A DNA stretch of 64,000 nt from Gemmatimonadaceae bacterium (GTDB lineage Bacteria; Gemmatimonadota; Gemmatimonadetes; Gemmatimonadales; Gemmatimonadaceae), in NCBI GenBank assembly GCA_039924865.1, contig JBDTAB010000163.1, forward strand, positions 1,047 to 65,046, in the 5' to 3' direction. This document shows, piece after piece, positions 46,299 to 55,490 of the stretch. Position numbers and translations under genes: made by a program. Every line of letters starts with the position of its first letter. The stretch's first letter is position 1. Below the pieces are notes generated by a model. It saw nothing but the letters and a program-made list of their open reading frames with translations, was not told the DNA's origin and did not search any database.

Positions 46299-48238
46299 TG
46301 GCGACTTCGACAGCACCGACACAAGCACCAGTAACTCCGCCAAACCCGGTTCCGGATCTCGGCGCAGGTTTATCCGTTTATCGCCGACTGATTCCATTTC
46401 TAAAGCCACACACATGGCGCCTTGTCACCGCCATGGTCACGAACATCGGCGCGGCGTTGCTCGACGCATTCTCGGTTGCGCTGCTCATTCCGTTCCTCAA
46501 CACTCTGTTCAACCAGCCGCCGCTGCAGCTGAAGGCCGGCTGGGTATCGGGACTGCTGCACGCGACCATCGGACACCTGATGATCGACGGCGACAAGATG
46601 ACCTCGCTCAGAAATGTCATCCTGATCGTCTTGCTGGTCGTATTCCTGAAAAATGTTCTCGTCTGGGTCAGCGGACAGTTTGGCGCGGAGTTGCAGGAAT
46701 TCGTGACCAGGGATCTGCGCAATACAGTCTACAGGCATCTTGCGCGGCTGCCGCTTTCATACTTCACCAAGACGAAGTCCGGCCAGATAATCTCGCGTGT
46801 CCTCAACGACACGTTCGAGACGCGGCTTGTTCTTACACAGATAGTCACGCAGTCGCTGCAGGCAATCGCACTCGTTGGTGCGACCATCGCGTTCCTGTTC
46901 GATCTTTCATGGCAGTTGACGTTGATCTCGCTCGGGATCGTTCCGATTCTGAGCCTTGTCCTCCAGCCGCTGCTCAGAAAGCTGCGTCGCGGCAATCGCC
47001 GGCGCGGTAACCAGCACGGCGAGATGGCCAGCGTCCTGCAGGAGACAGTTTCCGGGATCCGGCTGGTGAAGTCGTTCGGCGCCGAGGGTTTTGAGGAGGG
47101 CCGATTTACCAACGCGAGCAACACCTACGCGAGCACGACGGTGCGACTGAGCAAGCTGTCGTATCTGGCGCCGCCGGTGACAGAGGTGATCGGGACCATG
47201 ATCGCGGTCACGGTTCTCTGGGTCGGTGCGCGACAGGTACTGATCAGCGGCTCGATGACGGGTGCGGATCTCATCACGTTCCTTGTATTCGTATTGCGCC
47301 TTCTCCAGCCGCTAAAGCAGCTCATGGCGGTGCGCGCGACGGCTCAGTCTTCGCTTGCTTCGGCCGAGCGCCTCTTCGACATTCTGGACTCCCGATCCGA
47401 AGAGGAAAGTGATCGCGGTGCGGTTACCGCCTCGGCGTTCACCAACGGCATTCGCTTCGATGGAGTCGGATTTTCGTACGAGGGCGCACAGAACCCTCAT
47501 GAAACGAAGGTTCTGCAGGATATCTCGTTCGATGCTTCGCGTGGCGAAGTCATCGCGCTCGTTGGCGCCAGTGGCGCCGGGAAGACGACTCTGGTGGACC
47601 TCATCCCGCGGTTTTACGAACCGACTGCCGGATCGATTCTGCTTGACGGAGTTGACACTCGTACGATTCGACTCGCTTCTCTACGGTCGCTCATCGGGAT
47701 CGTGAGCCAGGACACAGTGCTCTTTCACGACACTGTACGAAACAACCTCGCATACGGATCGGCGGACAAGTACAGCGACGCTGAAATCGAAAATGCGGCG
47801 CGTGCGGCGAACGCTCACGCTTTCATCAGCGCGATGCCTGAGGGCTACGCGACACTGCTCGGCGAGCGCGGAACCCGCCTCTCCGGCGGCCAACGCCAGC
47901 GTATAGCGATCGCGCGCGCTCTCCTTCTGGACCCACCGATCCTGATCCTTGACGAAGCGACGTCGGCACTCGACACGGAATCAGAGCGACTGGTGCAGGC
48001 AGCGATCGATCGGTTGCTCGAAGGGCGAACAGTGTTCGTCATCGCGCACAGGCTGTCGACCGTGCAGAACGCGAGTCAGATCCTGGTGCTCGATCGCGGG
48101 CGCATCGTTGAGCGCGGAACACACGACGAGCTGCGGGCGCGCGGTGGGGCTTACTCTCGGTTGTACGAGATGCAGTTCCGCAATAATGACGACGTGCCGC
48201 CGCTCCGCGAGGTGAGTCCCGTCCCGTCGTTCGGCTGA
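46298..48238 (+). CDS. msbA: Lipid A export ABC transporter (fused permease/ATPase), MsbA-like
   Basis: Six-helix TMD plus NBD with GASGAGKTT, LSGGQRQR and ILILDEATS. GTG 46298 shares 1 nt with the upstream TAG. The ORF-track start is 46172. Confidence 0.85.
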   Translation: MATSTAPTQAPVTPPNPVPDLGAGLSVYRRLIPFLKPHTWRLVTAMVTNIGAALLDAFSVALLIPFLNTLFNQPPLQLKAGWVSGLLHATIGHLMIDGDKMTSLRNVILIVLLVVFLKNVLVWVSGQFGAELQEFVTRDLRNTVYRHLARLPLSYFTKTKSGQIISRVLNDTFETRLVLTQIVTQSLQAIALVGATIAFLFDLSWQLTLISLGIVPILSLVLQPLLRKLRRGNRRRGNQHGEMASVLQETVSGIRLVKSFGAEGFEEGRFTNASNTYASTTVRLSKLSYLAPPVTEVIGTMIAVTVLWVGARQVLISGSMTGADLITFLVFVLRLLQPLKQLMAVRATAQSSLASAERLFDILDSRSEEESDRGAVTASAFTNGIRFDGVGFSYEGAQNPHETKVLQDISFDASRGEVIALVGASGAGKTTLVDLIPRFYEPTAGSILLDGVDTRTIRLASLRSLIGIVSQDTVLFHDTVRNNLAYGSADKYSDAEIENAARAANAHAFISAMPEGYATLLGERGTRLSGGQRQRIAIARALLLDPPILILDEATSALDTESERLVQAAIDRLLEGRTVFVIAHRLSTVQNASQILVLDRGRIVERGTHDELRARGGAYSRLYEMQFRNNDDVPPLREVSPVPSFG

Positions 48239-48239
48239 C

Positions 48240-49328
48240 GTGCGATATCTGTTCTTTCACTCCGGCACCGAGTGGTCCGGATCGGCGCGGGCGTTCGTCT
48301 CAGTGGCGCACGGTCTGCTCCGCCGCGGCCATGCAGTCACATTTGCGGTCGAGCCAGACAGCACGGTAGAAGGCACGGTATCGGAGACCGCAACGTTACC
48401 GGATAGGCCACCGCTGGAGATCGAAGCGATTTCGGTCCGCGGAACGTGGCTCGGCGCGGCGCGGCGGCTTGCGCGTGTTTCACGTAGGCACCTTGCCGAT
48501 GTCGTACTAGTGCAGACGGACCGCGACCATCTCATCGCGGCGATCGCTTTACGGTTGGGGTCGCATGCACGCGTGATCCGTCGAGTCCGCGCGGGTCGCA
48601 GCGACGAGATTCGCAGAACGGGGCGCCTCGCCGCGCGGCTGGCCCCGACCTGCTACATATTTGCAACAGAGCGCGAGGCAAGTGCTGGTACGACGCCGCG
48701 CGGCGCCGTTGGTATCGCCGTCGCCCCGATTGGCGTATCTGAAGTTCCTCCGCAAAACGCGGCCGATCTCGATGGCGAATTCGTTGATATAGTGTGCGTC
48801 CATGATGCGTCCTCTCGAAGCCGAGCTGCGGCCGCGATCCGTGCGGTCGCCATGCTTGGCCCGCGTCATCCGGGCCTGCGACTCGTCATCATCGGTGAGG
48901 GGATCTACGACGACGACCTGAAGATGCAGGCAGCTGCCCTCGGAGCCCTTGCGCGCGTTACATCGCTCGGTGACCGTGTTGATCACATCGAGGTCATGCG
49001 CGGGGCAAAGCTGGGCTGGGTTGTCGCTAGTTCTGACACAGCAGCTTACGGCGTACTGGACTTCATGTCGCTTGGCATTCCGGTTCTTGCTCCAGATCAT
49101 ACCGTCGCGAGGGATTACCTGCTTCACGATATCACCGGTGTTCTCGTCCCTGGCGACGATGCTTTCATGACGGCGGCAGCTGCAGCAGAGCTACTAACAA
49201 ACGACGGCATGCGAGAGGCTATGGGCGCGGCTGGTCGTGGTCGGGTGTTGAGAGAAGGAACCGAAGCTGCGATGATCGACGGGTTCGAGCGCGCGGCGGA
49301 TCTTGCGATCCATGGCCGCCGACACTAG
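48240..49328 (+). CDS. GT-B glycosyltransferase (family 4/1-like)
   Basis: GTG start 2 nt after the msbA stop. N-terminal YLFFHSGTEWSGSARAF and C-terminal GT1-type region (GIPVLAPDH...). 362 aa. Confidence 0.7.
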   Translation: MRYLFFHSGTEWSGSARAFVSVAHGLLRRGHAVTFAVEPDSTVEGTVSETATLPDRPPLEIEAISVRGTWLGAARRLARVSRRHLADVVLVQTDRDHLIAAIALRLGSHARVIRRVRAGRSDEIRRTGRLAARLAPTCYIFATEREASAGTTPRGAVGIAVAPIGVSEVPPQNAADLDGEFVDIVCVHDASSRSRAAAAIRAVAMLGPRHPGLRLVIIGEGIYDDDLKMQAAALGALARVTSLGDRVDHIEVMRGAKLGWVVASSDTAAYGVLDFMSLGIPVLAPDHTVARDYLLHDITGVLVPGDDAFMTAAAAAELLTNDGMREAMGAAGRGRVLREGTEAAMIDGFERAADLAIHGRRH

Positions 49329-50094
49329 CATCGCCGAGCCGGTAAGCCAGGTACCGGTGACAGTCGTCATCGCGACTCGAAATGAAGAGGCCAATATCGC
49401 AGCGTGCATCGACTCCGTGCGGTGGGCCGATGAGATAATCGTTGCGGACCAGGGATCTTCCGATGAAACGCAAGCGCACGCGGAGAACGCTGGCGCAATG
49501 GTCCTTTCGGTGGTAGAGGCACCTACGATCGGCGCGGGCCGGAACCTTGCGATTGGTCGCGCGAGAAACCACTGGATACTCGTCGTCGATGCGGACGAAC
49601 GGGGCACCACTGACCTCGAACGCGCAGTTCGCAGTACGATTGCAAACCCGGCTGCGGTCGCGTATCGTGTGCCGCGCACCAATCACTTCATGGGTGGCGA
49701 AGTCAGGCATGGAGGTTGGGAATCCGACAGACCCGTCCGGCTCTTTGATTCGGCACTTCGCTACAATGACAGCAGGGTCCACGAGCACGTGATAACGAAC
49801 ACGGAGCCGGCAACTCTCACCTCTCCGCTTCTGCACTATCCGTACGCGTCAATGGAGATCTACTTCGAAAAGTTTGTGCGCTACAGCCGGTGGTGGGCGG
49901 AAGATCAGTCGCGACGTGGGCGCCGCGCGTCGGTGGCAGCGGTCATATTCAAACCGCCGGCGCGGTTTATATCGATGTACATTTTTCGGCTCGGATTCCT
50001 GGACGGCCCGCGCGGCGCTGCGCTGGCGGCACTCGCTGCTGCCAGCGTCTGTGCGAAATACGTTCGGCTCTGGGCGCTCGAATGCGAGTCCTGA
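49303..50094 (+). CDS. Glycosyltransferase family 2
   Basis: VTVVIATRNEEANIAACIDSV and the DxD-like VVDADE motif. TTG start. 263 aa. Confidence 0.8.
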   Translation: MRSMAADTSIAEPVSQVPVTVVIATRNEEANIAACIDSVRWADEIIVADQGSSDETQAHAENAGAMVLSVVEAPTIGAGRNLAIGRARNHWILVVDADERGTTDLERAVRSTIANPAAVAYRVPRTNHFMGGEVRHGGWESDRPVRLFDSALRYNDSRVHEHVITNTEPATLTSPLLHYPYASMEIYFEKFVRYSRWWAEDQSRRGRRASVAAVIFKPPARFISMYIFRLGFLDGPRGAALAALAAASVCAKYVRLWALECES

Positions 50095-51050
50095 TCGTCG
50101 GAAGCTCCAATCCATGGCGCATGGAGGCGGCAACCGAACGCGCGCTTCGGCGCGCGGGCCACGATACACTTACGCTCGACGATCGACGAATGAAGCGCGC
50201 CATCGGGCGCCGACTCACCCAGAAATTGGTCCTGGTTCGCGCGCGGCGGTTCCGGGCCGACTTTGTATTTCTATCGAAGTGCCTCGCGCTCGATCTGGAA
50301 ACCGTCCGTCGCCTGATCAGCGCCACACCGAACGCTATGTGGTATCACGACCCACAATGGTATCGCGACACTGCGCGCGCCGACATCGGTCATATAGCTG
50401 CCGTCGGACGCCTTGCCGAAACGTTGTTCGTCACTGGATTCGATGCCGAATGGCGAGCACTCGGCATGAACGCCAAGTTCCTGCCCGCGGCAGGTGACTC
50501 CGGAATTAAACCCGTGACGGCGGTCGACCGCTATGTGAGTGATGCCGCTTTCATCGGAACCGGGTACGATGCATCGCGCGCTGCACTTCTGCTACAGCTC
50601 GCGAAAAAATACGATGTTCGCGTGTATGGCCCTGCGTGGGACGAGTGGCGCGCCGCACTCAAATGGAACGGACGGAGTGTGGAGGGAACGGAATTCGCAC
50701 AGGTCTGCTCCAGCGCGGCGGTGACGCTCGGCATCAACCCGTCGCGCGCCGCTGGTGGAGTCACGTATACATCCGACAGAACGTGGATGGTCATCCTGGC
50801 CGGTGCCTTTTATCTCGGCCAGGGCACACCGGGCGTAACCGGCTTGCTGCGCGACGGCGAGCATTGTGCCTGGTATACCGATGCCGACGACTGCATGGCC
50901 AAGCTGGATCTGTACCTCGGTGACCCGGGAGCGCGCGAACGAATACGCGCTCAGGGAGAGAGCTTCGTGCGCGCGAATCATACGTACGACCAACGCATCC
51001 ATAATCTGTTGTCCGGACAGGCATGGACAGCAGATTCGGTGATCGGGTAG
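50082..51050 (+). CDS. CgeB-like glycosyltransferase-family protein (DUF3880-type)
   Basis: Start ATG 50082 (MRVLIVGSS...) overlaps the GT2 stop. C-terminal ...SDRTWMVILAGAFYL...HTYDQRIHNLL resembles CgeB-family proteins. The ORF-track start is 49890. Confidence 0.65.
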   Translation: MRVLIVGSSNPWRMEAATERALRRAGHDTLTLDDRRMKRAIGRRLTQKLVLVRARRFRADFVFLSKCLALDLETVRRLISATPNAMWYHDPQWYRDTARADIGHIAAVGRLAETLFVTGFDAEWRALGMNAKFLPAAGDSGIKPVTAVDRYVSDAAFIGTGYDASRAALLLQLAKKYDVRVYGPAWDEWRAALKWNGRSVEGTEFAQVCSSAAVTLGINPSRAAGGVTYTSDRTWMVILAGAFYLGQGTPGVTGLLRDGEHCAWYTDADDCMAKLDLYLGDPGARERIRAQGESFVRANHTYDQRIHNLLSGQAWTADSVIG

Positions 51051-51053
51051 ATA

Positions 51054-52220
51054 GTGCAGCATCTACTCGTAACGAGAGATTTCCTTCCGGAGATGCGCGG
51101 CGCAGCGCGCCGTTATACAGCACTGGTGCGGCGATATCCAGAACCGATGCTCGTGTCCACCGTCGCGGTACGCGAATCACCCAGGCATGATCTTGCGGAA
51201 GATTATTCGATCGAACGTCAGCGATTCTCGCGTGACGCGGCCAGCTCGGCTGGCAGCCGCATGCTGTGGCGACGTTGGGTCTTGCGGCGATGCCGCGGAA
51301 GGATTCACGTGCTTCACGCAGGAGATATCTGCGTGACTGGGAGAATAGTGCACCGCGTCCACAAGCGGTTACGGACGCCATACGTCGTTTACGTAAGCCC
51401 GGGTTCGCTTGCCACCGCTCAGACAATGCTCGCGCGTGGTTCGCTCGGCCGCCGCGCCGTGCGGCTTGTACTCGGCGACGCTGCCGGTGTGATCGCTACG
51501 ACAGACGAGGTCGCATCAAGAGCACGCGATATGATGAAAGACCTTGGCATCTCGCAGCCAGCGCCGGTTGCTGCGATCGGACTGGGAACCGACCCGGTTC
51601 TGTTCGGGCCCGGGCGTGACACCGGTGCACTACGCGCACGGTGGGGGATACGTCGAGCCCCGATCATGCTGACCGTGGCACGGCTGGTTGCTGAAAAGGG
51701 CCAGGACTCGGGCATTGAGGCTCTCTCGCTGTTGCGGCACGAGTTTCCGAATCTGCGCTATATCCTGGTTGGAGAAGGGCCCGACGAAGCGCGCCTGCGA
51801 AACCTCGCCGCCGACATGAACGTGATGGATCGGGTGGGGTTTGCCGGATCCATGCGCGACGACGAACTACCGGAAGCGTACGCGACCGCGACGATTTATC
51901 TTGACGCTTCACGACTGGCTCCCGATGCTGGCGAAGGACTCGGTATGTCTCTTATTGAAGCTGCTGCTGCCGGGCTGCCGGTAGTCGCGTTTGGTGGAAG
52001 CGGTGTGACCCCGCCGTTACCTGTCCTGGAAGGTCGTGTGAGTGTCGCGTCTGGTGACACCCGTGCCGTAGCCGACGCAATTGGGTCGTTGCTTCGCGAT
52101 TCCGAACGGAGAAACGAGATGGGAATGTTGGGACGTGAAAGCGCGGAGACGTATCTTGACTGGAATCGGGTCGCGCAGGATACTGCGCGATTCGTCAGGG
52201 AGTGTGTAGCGCATGGCTGA
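51054..52220 (+). CDS. GT-B glycosyltransferase (family 4/1)
   Basis: LTVARLVAEKG, YILVGEGPDEARL and EGLGMSLIEAAAAGLPVVA motifs. GTG start. 388 aa. Confidence 0.82.
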   Translation: MQHLLVTRDFLPEMRGAARRYTALVRRYPEPMLVSTVAVRESPRHDLAEDYSIERQRFSRDAASSAGSRMLWRRWVLRRCRGRIHVLHAGDICVTGRIVHRVHKRLRTPYVVYVSPGSLATAQTMLARGSLGRRAVRLVLGDAAGVIATTDEVASRARDMMKDLGISQPAPVAAIGLGTDPVLFGPGRDTGALRARWGIRRAPIMLTVARLVAEKGQDSGIEALSLLRHEFPNLRYILVGEGPDEARLRNLAADMNVMDRVGFAGSMRDDELPEAYATATIYLDASRLAPDAGEGLGMSLIEAAAAGLPVVAFGGSGVTPPLPVLEGRVSVASGDTRAVADAIGSLLRDSERRNEMGMLGRESAETYLDWNRVAQDTARFVRECVAHG

Positions 52221-53160
52221 AGGTTCGGATTATGGCGTACGGATCACAGCATCGCACCGCGTCGAGTACTACAGTTTGCGGGCGGTGGTGGCCACGCTGC
52301 ATGCGCTTCCGTGGAGCTTCGCACGCGCGTTCGGATCTCGGCTCGGCGCGATAGGCTACTGGCCTCTCGGGATCCGGAGGCGTGTAGTGGAACGACAGAT
52401 CGCGGCCGCTTTTCCGGAACTGCCCGCAACTGAAGTGGCATCGCTGGCGCGTCGTGCATATGCGCATCTGGGGCGGTCGTCGATAGAGACCGCGCTACTG
52501 CCAGGAAGAGGTCACCGCGGGGTGCTCGACATGGTCGAGTCCGTGGAAGGTTTTGAGTTGATCGAAGACGCCATGGCTCGCGGAAGCGGCGCCATTCTTG
52601 TCACCGGTCACCTCGGTAACTGGGAACTCGCGGGAGCCTATGTAGCCGCGCGTGGAGTACCGATGGACGTGATAGTGCGCACGCAGGCGAATCCACTATT
52701 TGATGCGTATATCAACGAGACCCGCGGCGCCCTGGGCATGACTGTTGTCCGCGACCATGAAGCCGCGCGCAGAACACCTCGGTCGTTGCGCGCGGGGCGG
52801 GCAGTTGCATTCGTATCCGATCAGGGCGTGATGGGGCTCGCATCCACATTCGTTACGTTCTTCGGGCGACCGGCCAAGACGCCGCGCGGCGCGGCCGTAT
52901 TTGCCCTCAAATACGACACTCCAACGTTGTTTGTCACGGCGCTGCGCCAGAAGAGTGGACAATATCGCGTGATTGTGGAGCGCATCCCGATTGTTCGCAC
53001 GGGCGACCGCGACGTAGATATCGATGCTATCGTCGCGAGCTATACCGCAACACTGGAGCGGTGGGTTCGCACCGCGCCAGAACAGTATTTCTGGCACCAT
53101 CGTCGCTGGCGTCGCCAGCCTGAGGGGACACCTCCGGAGCTGCGAGACCCGAGCCTGTGA
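52213..53160 (+). CDS. Lipid A biosynthesis (Kdo)2-lipid IVA acyltransferase-family protein (LpxL/HtrB-like)
   Basis: LPLAT-family sequence with the TGHLGNWE motif. 315 aa. 8-nt overlap with the preceding GT gene. Confidence 0.8.
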   Translation: MAEGSDYGVRITASHRVEYYSLRAVVATLHALPWSFARAFGSRLGAIGYWPLGIRRRVVERQIAAAFPELPATEVASLARRAYAHLGRSSIETALLPGRGHRGVLDMVESVEGFELIEDAMARGSGAILVTGHLGNWELAGAYVAARGVPMDVIVRTQANPLFDAYINETRGALGMTVVRDHEAARRTPRSLRAGRAVAFVSDQGVMGLASTFVTFFGRPAKTPRGAAVFALKYDTPTLFVTALRQKSGQYRVIVERIPIVRTGDRDVDIDAIVASYTATLERWVRTAPEQYFWHHRRWRRQPEGTPPELRDPSL

Positions 53161-53178
53161 GCACTCTGTGAGCACTCT

Positions 53179-54033
53179 TTGAGCATGATGAGCAGGCTCG
53201 CCGCGGACACGCGCACCCGTATCGGCGCCGCGGTGGTGATCGTGATGGTGATCATGGCCGTCTTCGCCCCTCTGGTCGCGCGACACGATCCCAATGCCAT
53301 AGACCTCATCAATCTTCTCACTCCGCCGTCGAGCGCGCACTGGCTGGGAACCGACGTCCAGGGCAGGGACGTGTGGGCACGCATGGTCTATGGCTCGCGC
53401 GTTTCGCTCGGCGTCGGCATTGTGTCGCAGACAATCGCGGTCAGCCTCGGTATTACACTCGGACTTCTGGCTGGATATTATCGTGGCTGGGTCGACGAAG
53501 TCGTGATGCGACTTGCCGATGTGACACTCGCATTCCCCACGCTTCTGTTGCTGATCGCAATGTCGGCTGCGCTTCAGCCGTCGATGGGAGTTGTCTTCGT
53601 CACCATCGGTGTTGTGGGGTGGGCGGGAATGGCGCGCCTCGTACGCGGCCAGGTTCTTGTGGTGCGTGATCTTGAGTACGTTCAGGCATCACGTGCCCTT
53701 GGTGCGCGCGCACCACGAATCATGCTGCGCCACATACTTCCAAACGTCGTTGGCCCAGTCGTGATCGCCGCCACGCTCGGAATCGCCGGCGCTATCATGG
53801 CGGAAGCGGCTCTGTCATTCCTCGGGCTCGGTGTGCAGCCGCCCACCGCAAGTTGGGGGAGCATGATCGCCGACGGCAGAGACCTCGATCAGTTGCGAAA
53901 TGCACCATGGACATCGCTCGCTCCGGGTCTCGCCATCGGTGCAGCGGTGCTTGGTTTCAATTTGCTCGGCGATGCACTCAGGGACGCGCTTGACCCACGC
54001 GAGCTCGATGGAGGAGCGTCGGATGAAAGCTGA
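53179..54033 (+). CDS. Peptide/nickel ABC transporter permease (DppC/OppC-like), isolated
   Basis: N-terminal anchor followed by WLGTDVQGRDVWARMVYG, typical of OppC/DppC. EAA-loop region YVQASRALGA. 284 aa. Confidence 0.85.
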   Translation: MSMMSRLAADTRTRIGAAVVIVMVIMAVFAPLVARHDPNAIDLINLLTPPSSAHWLGTDVQGRDVWARMVYGSRVSLGVGIVSQTIAVSLGITLGLLAGYYRGWVDEVVMRLADVTLAFPTLLLLIAMSAALQPSMGVVFVTIGVVGWAGMARLVRGQVLVVRDLEYVQASRALGARAPRIMLRHILPNVVGPVVIAATLGIAGAIMAEAALSFLGLGVQPPTASWGSMIADGRDLDQLRNAPWTSLAPGLAIGAAVLGFNLLGDALRDALDPRELDGGASDES

Positions 54034-54433
54034 AACGCGCAATGAACAGGAGCCGACACGGCTCGACAAGTGGTTATGGGCTGCGCGTTTCTTCAAGACG
54101 CGTGCGCTCGCCGCGGAAGCGATTGACGGCGGCAAGGTTCATCTGAACGGTGAACGGGTGAAGCGTTCGAAGGCCCTCAAGATTGGCGACCAGGTGACAG
54201 TACGCCTGGGGCCTTTTGAACATTGCGTCGTAGTCAAATTGGCTTCGGATCGCCGCGGACCGGCTAGTATTGCCGCGACGCTTTTTGACGAGACCGACGA
54301 GAGCACAGCCGCCCGCGAAGCCCTCCTCGAACAGCATCGGATCGCGCGCGCCAACGGCGCGGAAGACCCCGGGAGACCGAGCAAGCGCGACCGGCGGCAG
54401 ATCGACCATCTGAAGAAGCGTCAGCGTGACTAG
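54023..54433 (+). CDS. hslR: Ribosome-associated heat shock protein Hsp15 (S4 RNA-binding domain)
   Basis: RLDKWLWAARFFKTRALAAEAIDGGKVHLNG. Start ATG 54023 (or 54008) overlaps the permease stop. The ORF-track start is 53900. Confidence 0.85.
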   Translation: MKAETRNEQEPTRLDKWLWAARFFKTRALAAEAIDGGKVHLNGERVKRSKALKIGDQVTVRLGPFEHCVVVKLASDRRGPASIAATLFDETDESTAAREALLEQHRIARANGAEDPGRPSKRDRRQIDHLKKRQRD

Positions 54434-54596
54434 TTCCAGGCGATGACGCCTGGCTCCTTACACCCCCGCCGCTGACTGCAGGGATTCTCGTTGACGGATG
54501 CTGGAATCGGCTCTCTGCAGAACCACTGGGCAGTTTCTGGCGTATAAGTACTACAGAGAAGAAGATTTCCCTCATGAATTACCGAGACTGCCTCCC

Positions 54597-55262
54597 ATGA
54601 CATCTTTGCGGCTTGTTCCATTCGTAGTCGTGCTCGGCGCCGGTGCCGTGTTGGCGCTGTCACGTCCTGAGCCCGTTGCGCCGACGCCGAGCGAGGCGCC
54701 GCCCTACGCCGGGCCCGTTGATACCGCGACGTTCGCTGGCGGTTGCTTCTGGAGCATGGAGCGGCCGTTCGACGGCACCAAGGGCGTGGTCTCGACGATC
54801 GTCGGCTATACGGGCGGGACCAAGGCCAACCCAACATATGATGACGTCGGAACGCGGACGACTGGCCACGCAGAATCGGTCGAGGTGCATTACGACCCCA
54901 CCAAGGTCACGTACGAAAAACTCCTGTACATCTACTGGCACAACATCGACCCGGTAACGGCCGAAGCGCAGTTCTGCGATCACGGCAATGACTACCGGAC
55001 CGCGATCTTCTACCACAACGAAGCCCAGCACAAGGCGGCGGAAGCTTCCAGGCAGGAACTGGACAAATCGGGCCTCTTCAAGTCGCCGATCGTCACGCAG
55101 ATTGCGCCAGCGAGCACGTTCTGGAAGGCAGAGGAATATCACCAGCACTACGCCGACAAGAACCCCATGGCCTACAGGCTCTATCGTGTCGGCTGCGGAA
55201 GAGATGCTCGTCTCACGCAACTTTGGGGCTCCAGTGCGGAACCAAACGTGCCGCCGCTGTGA
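54597..55262 (+). CDS. msrA: Peptide-methionine (S)-S-oxide reductase with predicted signal peptide
   Basis: GGCFWS active-site motif. N-terminus MTSLRLVPFVVVLGAGAVLALS from ATG 54597. The ORF-track start is 54498. Confidence 0.88.
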   Translation: MTSLRLVPFVVVLGAGAVLALSRPEPVAPTPSEAPPYAGPVDTATFAGGCFWSMERPFDGTKGVVSTIVGYTGGTKANPTYDDVGTRTTGHAESVEVHYDPTKVTYEKLLYIYWHNIDPVTAEAQFCDHGNDYRTAIFYHNEAQHKAAEASRQELDKSGLFKSPIVTQIAPASTFWKAEEYHQHYADKNPMAYRLYRVGCGRDARLTQLWGSSAEPNVPPL

Positions 55263-55281
55263 CGGGGCTGTGTCGGAAGGT

Positions 55282-55488
55282 CCGTCATTCCCGCATCGCC
55301 CTCCGTCATTCCCGCGCCGCGCCGCGCCGTCATTCCCGCGAAAGCGGGAACCCATGTTGTCGATCTTGAGACAGGGTTAGATCATCGGAGCGAGTCGGCG
55401 ACAAAGGCCGTCATCCCCGCACTGATCCGTCCTCCCCGTACTGACCCGTCATTCCCGCGAAAGCGGGAATGACGGATCAGTGCGGGGA
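55282..55488. repeat. Cluster of REP-like palindromic repeats built on CCGTCATTCCCGC(GAAAGCGGGAA...)
   Basis: The 13-mer CCGTCATTCCCGC occurs at 55282, 55303, 55327 and 55446, with a degenerate copy at 55408. Hairpins: TTCCCGC-GAAA-GCGGGAA (55333-55350) and the perfect 13-bp stem CCGTCATTCCCGC-GAAA-GCGGGAATGACGG (55446-55475), extendable to about 25 bp by its flanks. Lies between convergent msrA and tyrS. Confidence 0.85.
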
Positions 55489-55490
55489 CG

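Noticed and set aside
54660-55380. 231-aa minus-strand and 130-aa plus-strand ORFs spanning the msrA 3' half and the repeat cluster.
   Set aside because: They are antisense to or out of frame with msrA. They extend through the REP-like repeats, where they produce repetitive SFPR/GNDG peptides. This is a known kind of repeat-derived spurious ORF.
55282-55488. Considered whether the repeated 13-mers form a small CRISPR array.
   Set aside because: The repeats are only 13 nt, irregularly spaced (21, 24, 81 and 38 nt apart), partly inverted and palindromic with tetraloops. No cas genes are nearby. The pattern fits REP-like elements.
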